Source: Actinomycetota bacterium
Lineage (GTDB): Bacteria > Actinomycetota > Nitriliruptoria > Euzebyales > JAHELV01
DNA: 48,215 bases
Reading direction: 5' to 3'
Assembly: GCA_019347695.1 (NCBI GenBank)
Contig: JAHWKT010000005.1
Span: 1 to 48,215, forward strand
In this document: piece by piece, positions 9,944 through 18,706 of the stretch
How the letters are laid out: each line of letters opens with the position of its first letter
Position numbering within the stretch: the stretch's first letter is position 1
Translations under genes and position numbers: made by a program
The notes under the pieces: generated by a model
What the model was told of the DNA's origin: nothing
Database searches by the model: none
Seen by the model: only the letters and a program-made list of their open reading frames with translations

Positions 9944-10147
9944 CTAGAGCGCCTCGACGTCGCTCGCCTGCGGGCCCTTCTGCCCTTCGGTGACCGTGTA
10001 GCTCACGCGCTGCCCCTCATCGAGGCTCTTGTATCCCGAGCCCTTGATGGCAGAGAAATGAACAAACAGGTCGTCGCCGCCGCCCTCTGGGCTGACGAAA
10101 CCGTAGCCCTTGTCGGCGTTGAACCACTTGACCGTACCTTCTGGCAT
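9944..10147 (-). CDS. cspA: Cold-shock protein
   Basis: [14 protein letters not shown] (RNP1), LFVHFSAI (RNP2), GQKGPQA; 67 aa. Confidence 0.98.
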   Translation of the reverse strand: MPEGTVKWFNADKGYGFVSPEGGGDDLFVHFSAIKGSGYKSLDEGQRVSYTVTEGQKGPQASDVEAL

Positions 10148-10327
10148 GCATATTCCGATCTGGAACGCACATACGCCGGGTTACTCCGTGTGAGAAATTG
10201 GACCCCGACCGGGTGCGCGAAGCACCCACCTTAGCGGATGCGACGGCATGTGCGGTCCTCGTCACCCCTGGCGGGGTGGTCGCATGCATCTGCGACGTGG
10301 GCCCAGGCGGAGCCGGAGCTCGGCCGA

Positions 10328-11074
10328 TCATGCGCCGTCGGGTAGTACGACCCGCCCGCGGCGGTCCAGGACGCCGAAGCAGTAGCCGCGTCTGCGGATG
10401 CGGCGGATCAACCGTGGCAGGGCCGCCATGGTCGCCTGCGAATCCTCCTTGTCGTGCAGCAGGATCACGGCACCCGACTCGAGGCGCCGCATGACCGAGC
10501 GGATGATTTGCCGCGGCGTTCGCGACGCGTCCCAGTCGTGCGTGTCGACGGTCCACAGCACCGTGCGGAACCCCATGGCGCGGACGGTGGCACGTACGCG
10601 CTTGTTCACCTTGCCGTAGGGCGGACGCAGGAGGCGACCGCCGGCGACACGCGCACGGGCGAACGCGCGCTGCGAGCGGCGGATCTGCCGTCGGATCCCA
10701 GCGTCGGACAGGCTCGTGAGGGCGGCATGGTCGTAGGTGTGGTGATAGATCCTGTGGTCACCACGCGCCAATGATCGTGCCCGCCCGGGCCGTGCCGCCA
10801 CCGATCGTCCGGTCATGAAGAACGTCGCCTGCACACGCTCCTCGGCGAGGATGGCGGCCAGTCGCTTCGAGTTGGCGTCACTCGGGCCGTCGTCGAACGT
10901 GAGCGCCACCGGGCCGTTCGCGCAGGTGCGAGCCCGCCCGGGTCCCCGTGTGGACGCGGGATCGCGCTCGGCTGGCGCAGAGCCGACGGCCAGCGCGCCG
11001 AGCGCGACGGCCACGATGACCGCGATCGTCGCCCAATGCACCGCCAGGCGGGAACCGGCCAGCGCCACCCGCAT
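10328..11074 (-). CDS. Secreted or membrane-anchored polysaccharide deacetylase (CE4/NodB)
   Basis: TFDDGP, HTYDH, RPPYG, DTHDW, ILLHD; N-terminal hydrophobic segment. Confidence 0.92.
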   Translation of the reverse strand: MRVALAGSRLAVHWATIAVIVAVALGALAVGSAPAERDPASTRGPGRARTCANGPVALTFDDGPSDANSKRLAAILAEERVQATFFMTGRSVAARPGRARSLARGDHRIYHHTYDHAALTSLSDAGIRRQIRRSQRAFARARVAGGRLLRPPYGKVNKRVRATVRAMGFRTVLWTVDTHDWDASRTPRQIIRSVMRRLESGAVILLHDKEDSQATMAALPRLIRRIRRRGYCFGVLDRRGRVVLPDGA

Positions 11075-11216
11075 CCTCCTCCGCGACCCGGGTGCTTCGA
11101 GTCGATGCGCCGCTTGCGTACGTAGCACCTACGCAGGTGCGCCGAAGGTAGCAACGATCGTCGGCCGCACCGGGGAACCCCTACCGCGGCCGACGATCGC
11201 CGCCGGATGCTGCTCG

Positions 11217-11570
11217 TCAGGCGTCGTGCTGCGCGCCGTGGGCGGCGTCACCCTCCGCGACGCTGTCGGTGTGCTCGGCCGCGCCGGGCGGACCCGCAGC
11301 GATGACGTCCTGCGGGGCCTGCGACTCGTACGAGGCGAGTTGTCGACGAACATCTTCGCGACGTCGGCCGCCCTCGCGTCGTAGTCATCCGGGTCCTGCC
11401 AGGTGCCGCGGGGCTGCAGCAGCTCGGACGGCACACCGTGGCACTCCGTCGGCACCTCCAGTCCGAAGATCGGATCGGTGACGTACTCCACGTCGTCGAG
11501 CGCGCCGGAGATCGCCGCGCGCACCATCGCGCGTGAGTGCTGGATCGACAGGCGACTGCCGGTGGTGGTG
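11217..11570 (-). pseudogene. pckA: PEP carboxykinase (ATP) C-terminal fragment
   Basis: GSRLSIQHSRAMVRAAISGAL...DPIFGLEVP...PSELLQPRGTW...MFVDN; 5' part missing, frameshift near 11340. Confidence 0.85.
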
Positions 11571-11581
11571 CCCGGTGATCC

Positions 11582-12470
11582 ATGGCCGGCTCTGAGGTGT
11601 CCGGACCGCCGTCGCCGGACGTGGTGGATCCGCGCCGCGGACGCCGAACGCTCCCCCCGACTTCGGCGCCTTCTGGGCCGCGACGATCGCCGCGCTGGAC
11701 CATGTGCCGTTCGACGTTCGGCGGACGACCCAGCCAGGTCTCACCCCGGCACCCACGCGCACGCCATCTCGTTCCGGTCGTGGCAGCGGCGTCGGATCCA
11801 CGGGTACGCACTGACCTGGGACGACGACGAGCCGTGACCGCTCATCGTCCATGCGCACGGCTACCGTGCCCAGGTCACGCCACGCGTCGAGTGGGTCCGC
11901 GCCGGCTGCCACGTGCTCGGGTTCGACATCCGGGGCTTCGGGCGGTCCGTCGACGCGGTTGTGTCACCGTCGCCCGACGGCTGGCTGCTGACCGGTGCGC
12001 GCCGCCCGGAGACCTCGGTGCTGCGCGGTGCGGTGTGCGACTACGTGCGCGCGCTGCAGGTCGCGTCCGCCCTGGGGTGACGACGCGGCGTCTCGTCTGC
12101 CATGCCGTGAGCCTGGCCGGTGGGCTGGCGACCATGGCCGAGGCGGTGGCCGGTCGCGCGGACCTGCTCGTGCTCGGCGTCCCGACGTTCGGATGGGCCG
12201 AGGGGCGTCGCCTGCTCGTGGAGCGCGGGTCGGGCGCGGAGGTCGCCGACTTCCCGGCGCGCCATCCCGAGTATCCCGAGGACGACCTGCAGGCCGTGCT
12301 GGCCTACTTCGACGCCGCACTGTTCGCGCCGGCGATCCGCTGCCCCACCCTGCTCGGGATCGGCCGGGTCGACCGGGTCGTGCCGTCGGCGTGCGTGCGC
12401 GCCATCGCCGCACGGCTGCGCGCGCCACACGAGATCATGACCGTTCCCGTCAGCCACGATTCCGGACCGG
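11582..12470 (+). pseudogene. Acetylxylan esterase/cephalosporin-C deacetylase (CE7) pseudogene
   Basis: DFGAFWAAT, HAHGY, FDIRGFG, SLAGG, LAYFDAALFAPAIRCPTL spread over several frames, with in-frame stops. Confidence 0.8.
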
Positions 12471-12830
12471 CGACGCGGGCCAGCGTGTCGAGCGGCATCG
12501 TCAGGACCAAGCAGGCGCTGTCGGTCCGTACGGTCGCTGTCGCGCGCCCCGGCGGCCGCAACCCCGACCACCCGAAGATCCGCCCAGGCTGGTCCGTCGT
12601 CTCGACGACCAGGTCCCCAACGCCAGCGAACTCGACCAACGTGGCGATCGTGCCGCTGACGAGCACGACGAGCTCAAACGTCACCGCCCGTTGGCGCAGC
12701 AGAATCTCACCCTGGGCCACGTCGTGCGGCGTGAGCTGCCCCTGCACGTGTGCGAGCAGATCGTCGGGCAGCGTCACCGCGCCCGGGATGAGCGCTGTCA
12801 GTGACAGCACGGCGGACGGCTCGTGGAGCA
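12460..12830 (-). pseudogene. Cyclic-nucleotide-binding domain protein fragment
   Basis: GEILLRQ...LVSG...PGRIFGWSGL...RATATV; collides tail-to-tail with the esterase remnant. Confidence 0.65.
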
Positions 12831-12865
12831 TCCGGTGATCGTGTCCCGCCAACGACCCTGCGGGC

Positions 12866-12881
12866 AAGGACCTTCGGCCCT
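12866..12881 (+). promoter_or_regulatory. DosR/DevR-like box
   Basis: AAGGACCTTCGGCCCT resembles GGGACn4GnCCC; 50 bp upstream of a PNPOx-family gene. Confidence 0.5.
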
Positions 12882-12930
12882 GTCGCGTTGCCCCGATTGT
12901 GCGACGCTCGCGTCCGTCAGGGAGACGCCG

Positions 12931-13340
12931 ATGTCCGAGACCGAGATCGCGCTGGTGACGCTGTCACCCGACGAGTGCCGCGCCCTGCTGGTCACCCACC
13001 GCCCCCGGCTGGGCCGACTGGTGTTCGTCGACGACGGTTGGCCGCTGGCGTTGCCCATGAACTTCGCGGTGCGCGATGAAGCCATCTACTTCCGGACCGC
13101 GCCGGGCGCAAGCTCGACGCCGCCCTCCGCGCCGACCGGGTGGCGTTCGAGCTCGACGACGTCGACGAGGTCTGGGAGGACGGGTGGAGCCTGCTGGCGT
13201 TCGGGCGTCTGCAGGTCGTCACCGACCCCGACGAGCTCGCCGAGGCGCGCCGCCTGCCACCACGACCGTGGGCGGCGGGTGACACGCCCTACCACCTGCG
13301 CATGGACATCGAGAGCCTGTCGGGGCGACGCATCACCTGA
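12931..13340 (+). pseudogene. Pyridoxamine 5'-phosphate oxidase-like protein (frameshifted near 13105)
   Basis: LSPDECRALL, GRLVF, PMNF, FRTAPG, then VAFELD, GWSL, SGRRI in the next frame. Confidence 0.85.
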
Positions 13341-13401
13341 CGCACCGACCACCTGCGCGGTTTCGGTAAAGGTCGCGTCGCGGCGGCCGACGAGCGTCGC
13401 C

Positions 13402-13701
13402 ATGATCACCAAGCGCTTCTTCAAGACCCGCGACGACGTCGAGGTCACCTTCCAGATCGACGCCCACGGCGCCGAGTCGGCCGCACTGGTCGCCGACATC
13501 CACGACTGGCGGCCGCAGCCCATGACCCGCTCGGCCCGCGGCCGCGGGCCGTTCAGGCTGAAGCTCCGCGTCCCCAGAGACGGGTCGATCCAGTTCCGCT
13601 ACCTGCTCGACGGCGTCAGGTGGGAGAACGACGACGCCGCAGACGCCTACTGGCCGAACGCACTCGGCACGGACAACAGCGTGGTCGTCTTCGGCGGCTG
13701 A
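13402..13701 (+). CDS. Isoamylase early-set/CBM48-like glycogen-binding protein
   Basis: MITKRFFKT, VTF, FRYLLDG, WENDDAAD, NSVV; 99 aa. Confidence 0.88.
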   Translation: MITKRFFKTRDDVEVTFQIDAHGAESAALVADIHDWRPQPMTRSARGRGPFRLKLRVPRDGSIQFRYLLDGVRWENDDAADAYWPNALGTDNSVVVFGG

Positions 13702-13729
13702 TCGATCACCTCCGGCGCCCTCCTACAGC

Positions 13730-13764
13730 GGACGTCCACCGTGCACATGACACGGTGGGCGTCC
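13730..13764 (+). terminator. 14-bp hairpin downstream of the CBM48 gene
   Basis: GGACGTCCACCGTG-N7-CACGGTGGGCGTCC with one G:U pair. Confidence 0.6.
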
Positions 13765-13835
13765 ACGACAGCGACGCCGACCATTGCCCGCCTGTGCTCG
13801 GTCGCAGGCGGAACGGCAAGCGTCCCGCCGACAGC

Positions 13836-13849
13836 GAGACCTTGGCCCC
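13836..13849 (+). promoter_or_regulatory. Second DosR/DevR-like box
   Basis: GAGACCTTGGCCCC upstream of the ppsA remnant. Confidence 0.35.
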
Positions 13850-13929
13850 ACCGGGTGGGTGGCATGGTCGGTCATGGTGCGGACGTGGGCGAACGCCCGC
13901 CTCAGACGACGCCGACTGGAGCAGCGGCC

Positions 13930-14530
13930 GTGGTAACACTCGAGCAGCGGGCAACCGACCAGATCATGTGGTTCTCGCAGGTTGACACCGAGGATGTCGG
14001 TCTCGTGGGCGGCAAAGGAGCCAACCTGGGCGAGCTCACGGGTGCCGGCTTCCCCGTACCCGACGGCTTCGTGGTCACCGCGGCGGCCTATCTGGCGGCG
14101 ATGGAGCGCGGCGGGGTGCGGGATCGTCTGCGCGAGGTCGCCGCCGGCGTGATGTCCCCGACCCGGACGCGCTCGCCCAGGCGTCTGGAGCAGCGCAGCA
14201 GTTGGTGCGCTGCTCCGGTACGCCAGAACAGCTGCGCGAGGAGATCGTCTCCGGCTACCGGAAGCTCGGCGACGACGTCGCCGTCGACGTCGCCGTCCGC
14301 TCGTCGGCGACGAGCGAGGACACCGCCGGCACGTCGTTCGCCGGGATGAACGGGACCTTCACCAACGTCGTCGGGCCGGACCAGCTGGTCAGCCGTGTGA
14401 TCGACTGCTGGGCGTCCGCTATGGTCAGCGCGTGATCGCCTACCGAGACCGGCACGGCATGGACGAGGAGCCCGCGATCGCGGTCGTCGTCCAACGGATG
14501 GTCGACAGTGAACGGTCCGGCGTCCTGTGA
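13930..14530 (+). pseudogene. ppsA: PEP synthase N-terminal fragment
   Basis: VGGKGANLGEL, PVPDGF, VAVRSSATSED, SFAG, IAVVVQRMV; several frameshifts, truncated. Confidence 0.88.
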
Positions 14531-14580
14531 CCGGCGATGACGCCCAGCCAACGCGGCGGTGAGCGGTGAGATCCAGCAGC

Positions 14581-15591
14581 ATGCGGGCGTGGATCGTCAA
14601 GCGGCCCGGCCCGATCGACGAACAGCCGTTGCAGCTGATCGAACGCCCGATACCAGACCCGGCACCCGATGAGGTGCGCGTGCGGGTCTCGGCCTGCGGG
14701 GTGTGCCGCACGGACCTGCACCTCGCCGAGGGCGACCTGGCACCACGCCATCCCGGTGTGGTACCAGGCCACGAGGTCGTCGGACGCGTCGACGCGCTCG
14801 GCGCGGACGTGCAGCGCTTCGCGGTCGGCGACCGGGTCGGTGTGCCGTGGCTGCGCTCGACGTGCGGCGCATGCCGCTTCTGCGCCACAAACGCGGAGAA
14901 CCTCTGCGTACAGCCGCGCTTCACCGCGTGGGACGCCGACGGCGGGTTCGCCGAGTGGTGCACCGTCCCCGCCGCCTACGCCTACCACCTGCCGGACGCG
15001 TTCGACGACGAGCACGCCGCCCCGCTGCTGTGCGCGGGCATCATCGGCTTCTGCGCATTGCGCCTCGCCGACCTCGACCACACGGCCACCGCCGCCCGTC
15101 GACTGGGCATCTACGGGTTCGGCGCCAGCGCGCATCTGGCCGCGCAGGTCGCGCTACACCAAGGCGCCACGGTGCACGTGATGACGCGCGATGCCGACGC
15201 ACGCACGCGGGCCCTCACCCTGGGCTGTGCGTCGGCCCAGGGCGGCGACGACGCCCCACCCGAGCCGCTGGACGCCGCGGTGCTGTTCGCTCCGGTCGGT
15301 GCACTGGTGCCGGTGGCACTGGAGGCACTGGATCGGGGCGGCACACTGGTCATCGCGGGCATCCACCTGTCCGACGTGCCGGCGCTCAACTACGAGCGAC
15401 ACCTGTTCTACGAGCGGCGGGTCGTCTCGACGACCGCCAACACGCGGGCCGATGGCGAGGCGTTTCTCCTGCTCGCCGCCGCGGTGCCCATCCGCGTAAC
15501 CACGACCCGCTACCCCTTCCATCAGGCGGACCATGCGCTAGCCGATCTCGCGCACGACCGTGTCAACGGCGCGGCGGTACTGGTGCGGTGA
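14581..15591 (+). CDS. Zinc-dependent alcohol dehydrogenase (AdhP-like)
   Basis: CGVCRTD, PGHEVVG, CGACRFC...C structural Zn site, APLLCAG, GIYGFG. Confidence 0.95.
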   Translation: MRAWIVKRPGPIDEQPLQLIERPIPDPAPDEVRVRVSACGVCRTDLHLAEGDLAPRHPGVVPGHEVVGRVDALGADVQRFAVGDRVGVPWLRSTCGACRFCATNAENLCVQPRFTAWDADGGFAEWCTVPAAYAYHLPDAFDDEHAAPLLCAGIIGFCALRLADLDHTATAARRLGIYGFGASAHLAAQVALHQGATVHVMTRDADARTRALTLGCASAQGGDDAPPEPLDAAVLFAPVGALVPVALEALDRGGTLVIAGIHLSDVPALNYERHLFYERRVVSTTANTRADGEAFLLLAAAVPIRVTTTRYPFHQADHALADLAHDRVNGAAVLVR

Positions 15592-15676
15592 CTCCCGCGA
15601 CCCGCTCTCGCCGAGCACCCCAGTGGACACCGTCCACCGCGGCAGATCACGCCCGCCACCGAGCGGGAGACACGGC

Positions 15677-15911
15677 CTACATGCCGAGATCGGCGGCATC
15701 CTGGCCCAGCCAGACGTGACCGAGTCCGGTCGGGACAAACCATCCGTGGGGCACACCCTCGGGGACGTCGATGCGGCGACCGGTGACATCCTGGTGCACC
15801 AGCCGAACGAACCGTGACTTGTCGCCGCCAGCGAACGGGTGCAACGGCATCTCGCGTAACCGCGCCAGATGCTGTGGGTCGTCCACCTCGGTCAGCCGCC
15901 CACGCACCATG
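15677..15911 (-). pseudogene. Second PNPOx-like protein, C-terminal fragment
   Basis: [11 protein letters not shown]...PFAGGDKSRFVRL...VTGRRI. Confidence 0.65.
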
Positions 15912-15949
15912 ATCGCGGCCCGGTGGTGCTCCCGGTCAACTACGTGCCC

Positions 15950-16234
15950 GTGGCGTTCCTGTCGATGGCCGCGGCGCTCGGCGTCGGCAACGGCGCGGTG
16001 TTCGCGCTGGTCGGCACCCGCGCACCGGCGACCAAGGTCGGCGCCGTCACCGGCTTCGTCGGTGCGGCCGGCGGCCTCGGCGGCTTCTTTCCCCCGCTGG
16101 TCATGGGTGCCGTCTTCGAGGCCACCAGCTCCTACGCCATCGGGCTGGCGCTGCTGTGCCTCACCGCGCTGACCGGAATGGCCTACACCTACCGGCGGTT
16201 CGCCCGCAACGCCAGTTCCGCAGCGCCAGGGTAG
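15950..16234 (+). pseudogene. narK: Nitrate/nitrite MFS transporter C-terminal fragment
   Basis: [31 protein letters not shown] nitrate signature; 5' part missing. Confidence 0.82.
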
Positions 16235-16313
16235 TGACCGCTGACGAACGGCAACCCCGTGATGCCCGTGCCTGCAGTGCCAACAGGCTCGCGCCGGTGC
16301 GGTTGCTCTCTGA

Positions 16314-16835
16314 TCACGTGTCCTGCTCCGGGCCGGTCGCGGACGCATCCCGCTCGTCGACCTGCTCCTCGGCTCCGGATGACGCGTCGTCGGCGGGGCC
16401 GGACACGGGCTGATCGAGCGGGTTGATCCACCGGACGTCGAAGAACCGGGCGAAGTCGGCGTCGGCGGAGACCACTGCGACCCCGTGATCGATCGCGAGC
16501 GCGGCAAGCGCCGCATCGGTCACCAGTGGCCCGCGGACCCGGTGGTTGCGCACCAGGCGGCCGAGCACGCCCGCGTACGCGGCGGTGGGCTGAGGCACCC
16601 ACGCACGCGGTGCGGCAAGCCAGTCTTCGACCTGCTGCCACGCGACCTCGGGCTCCAGCGGTTCGGCGAACGCGCGCGGGTTCGTGGCGATGCGCAAGAA
16701 CGCGGCGACGGTCTGCCAGGGGAATCCCACCCTGGTCGAGCCGTTGAGCGCATCGACCAACCATGTGCGCGCTCGGTCATGATGCGGATCGTCGGAGTTG
16801 CGGGCGTACAGCAGGATGTTCGCGTCGAGCAGCAT
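16314..16835 (-). CDS. vapC: VapC PIN-domain toxin with acidic C-terminal tail
   Basis: LLDANILLYA, FLRIATNP, VTDAALAALA, SADADF, WINP. Confidence 0.93.
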   Translation of the reverse strand: MLLDANILLYARNSDDPHHDRARTWLVDALNGSTRVGFPWQTVAAFLRIATNPRAFAEPLEPEVAWQQVEDWLAAPRAWVPQPTAAYAGVLGRLVRNHRVRGPLVTDAALAALAIDHGVAVVSADADFARFFDVRWINPLDQPVSGPADDASSGAEEQVDERDASATGPEQDT

Positions 16836-17071
16836 CAGCCGTGTGCGTCGCCCTCCAGAATCGCGAGCGTCTCCTCGATGTCGTCGAGCGGCAGGCGCGG
16901 GCGCCCCATAGCTGAGACGTTCTGGTGAAACGGTCGCGGTTCCGCCTCGGACCGCGCGAGTCCTCGCCGTGCCAGGGCGTTGACTATTTCGCTCACACCA
17001 ACGCCTCGCTCTCGCCGCGCCTCTTCCACGGCGCGCGCGACATCAGCGTCCAGAGTGATGGTCGTCCTCAT
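16835..17071 (-). CDS. vapB: VapB-type RHH antitoxin
   Basis: MRTTITLDADV...SEIVNALARRG; TGATG overlap with vapC. Confidence 0.88.
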   Translation of the reverse strand: MRTTITLDADVARAVEEARRERGVGVSEIVNALARRGLARSEAEPRPFHQNVSAMGRPRLPLDDIEETLAILEGDAHG

Positions 17072-17097
17072 GCACATAGCCTAGCATCACGATGCAC
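17072..17097 (-). promoter_or_regulatory. Leaderless promoter and operator of vapBC
   Basis: TAGGCT-N6-ATG; GCATC-ac-GATGC palindrome next to the -10 box. Confidence 0.6.
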
Positions 17098-17181
17098 GGC
17101 CGCGTCCAGAGGATCTCTGCATCGTCGGCAACGAACTCGACGTGCCGCGCGGTCTTGACACGCGAGCCAGAACTCGATAGA

Positions 17182-17199
17182 TTCGGTCGATCGACCGAA
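17182..17199. promoter_or_regulatory. Putative TetR operator, copy 1
   Basis: Perfect 18-bp palindrome TTCGGTCGATCGACCGAA 8 bp upstream of tetR; core repeated at 20685. Confidence 0.85.
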
Positions 17200-17207
17200 C
17201 AAATTGC

Positions 17208-17834
17208 ATGAGTGGAGTGGCGATCGCTCGACGACCAGAATCCAGTGACACGGCGGAGCGGATACTCGCCGCAGCCAAGCACGCGTTGCTCGAGTCCGGC
17301 TACGGGGCGTTGTCGACGCGCGGCATCGCCGACCAGGCCGGTGTGCCGCTGAGCCAGATCCACTACCACTTCGGGTCCAAGCGACAGCTCGTTCTTGCAC
17401 TGCTGGAGGCCGAGAACGAGCGGCGGTTGGCGCGGCAGGCGGCGATGTACGCCGCCGACCAGCCGCTGTGGAAGCAGTGGGAGCAGGCCTGTGACTTCCT
17501 CGAGGACGATGTGGCCTCGGGCTATGTCCGCGTGCTGCAGGAGATGACCGCCGCCGGTTGGTCCGACGATGCGGTGGAGACCGCGGTCCGGGCGTATCTC
17601 CGGGGCTGGTTCCGGCTGCTGACCGGTGTCACGGAGGAGTTCGCGAACGACGTGGGTGGGCTCGGGCCGTTCGAGCCCAAGGAGGTCGCGACGCTGGTCG
17701 GCGTCGCCTTCCTCGGGGCCGAGACGATGATCCTGCTCGGCGTGAGCGAGGAGGAGATGCCCAACCGGTCTGCGCTGCGCAAGGTCGGAGCACTGATTCG
17801 GGCGATCGAGGAGCGCGACGGCGAGGAGCGATGA
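17208..17834 (+). CDS. TetR/AcrR family regulator
   Basis: ERILAAA...GYGALSTRGIADQAGVPLSQIHYHFGSK HTH. Confidence 0.95.
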   Translation: MSGVAIARRPESSDTAERILAAAKHALLESGYGALSTRGIADQAGVPLSQIHYHFGSKRQLVLALLEAENERRLARQAAMYAADQPLWKQWEQACDFLEDDVASGYVRVLQEMTAAGWSDDAVETAVRAYLRGWFRLLTGVTEEFANDVGGLGPFEPKEVATLVGVAFLGAETMILLGVSEEEMPNRSALRKVGALIRAIEERDGEER

Positions 17835-18706
17835 TCATGAGAGCGCGATTGCCTGACGTCGAGGGTCACGTCGACCGCGACGGTGTCGAGATCGGCTACG
17901 AGGTCCACGGCAACGGCGCGCCGACGCTCCTGTTGCTTCCGGCGTGGACGATCGTGCACAGCCGGTTGTGGAAGGGGCAAGTCCCGTACCTCGCGCGCCG
18001 CCATCGCGTGGTGGTCTTCGACGGGCCGGGCAACGGCCGCTCCGACCGCCCCCAGGATCCGGATCCCTACGGGCACGAGGCGGTCGCCGCGGCCGCGATC
18101 GACGTCATGGACGCCATCGGTACCGACGCGGTGGTGCTGGTCTCCCTGTCGAAGGGTGCCAACTGGTCGCTGAAGCTCGCGGTCGATCATCCCGAGCACG
18201 TGCTCGGGCAGGTGTTCATCGCTCCGTCGGTCCCCTTGGCGCCGCCTAGCGGGGCCAGAGCGAGAAGCGTCGACACGTTCTACGACGAACTCGAGGACCC
18301 GCAGGGCTGGGAGAAGAACAACGCCCACTACTGGCTGCGTCACTACGAGGACTTCGCCGAGTTCTTCTTCTCGCAGTGCTTCCCCGAGCCTCACTCGACC
18401 AAGCAACGTGAGGACACCGTCGGGTGGGCGCTGGAGACGAAACCGGAGGTGCTGCTGGCCGACGCGATGGCCGGCATGCCCGACCGCGACACCGTGCTGG
18501 GGTGGTGCGCCCGCGTCGACAGCCCGGTGCTGGTCATCCACGGCAGCGAGGACCGCATCAGCCCCTTGTCCCGCGCAGAGGCGCTGACCGAGGCCACCGG
18601 CGGGGAGCTCGTCGTCCTGCAAGGCTCCGGCCACATCCCGCTCGCGCGGGATCCCGTCAAGGTCAACCTGGCGCTGCGTGACTTCGTCGATCGTGTGGCG
18701 TCATGA
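17831..18706 (+). CDS. Alpha/beta fold hydrolase
   Basis: FDGPGNGRS, SLSKG nucleophile elbow, IHGSED, GSGH; ATGA overlap. Confidence 0.92.
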   Translation: MIMRARLPDVEGHVDRDGVEIGYEVHGNGAPTLLLLPAWTIVHSRLWKGQVPYLARRHRVVVFDGPGNGRSDRPQDPDPYGHEAVAAAAIDVMDAIGTDAVVLVSLSKGANWSLKLAVDHPEHVLGQVFIAPSVPLAPPSGARARSVDTFYDELEDPQGWEKNNAHYWLRHYEDFAEFFFSQCFPEPHSTKQREDTVGWALETKPEVLLADAMAGMPDRDTVLGWCARVDSPVLVIHGSEDRISPLSRAEALTEATGGELVVLQGSGHIPLARDPVKVNLALRDFVDRVAS

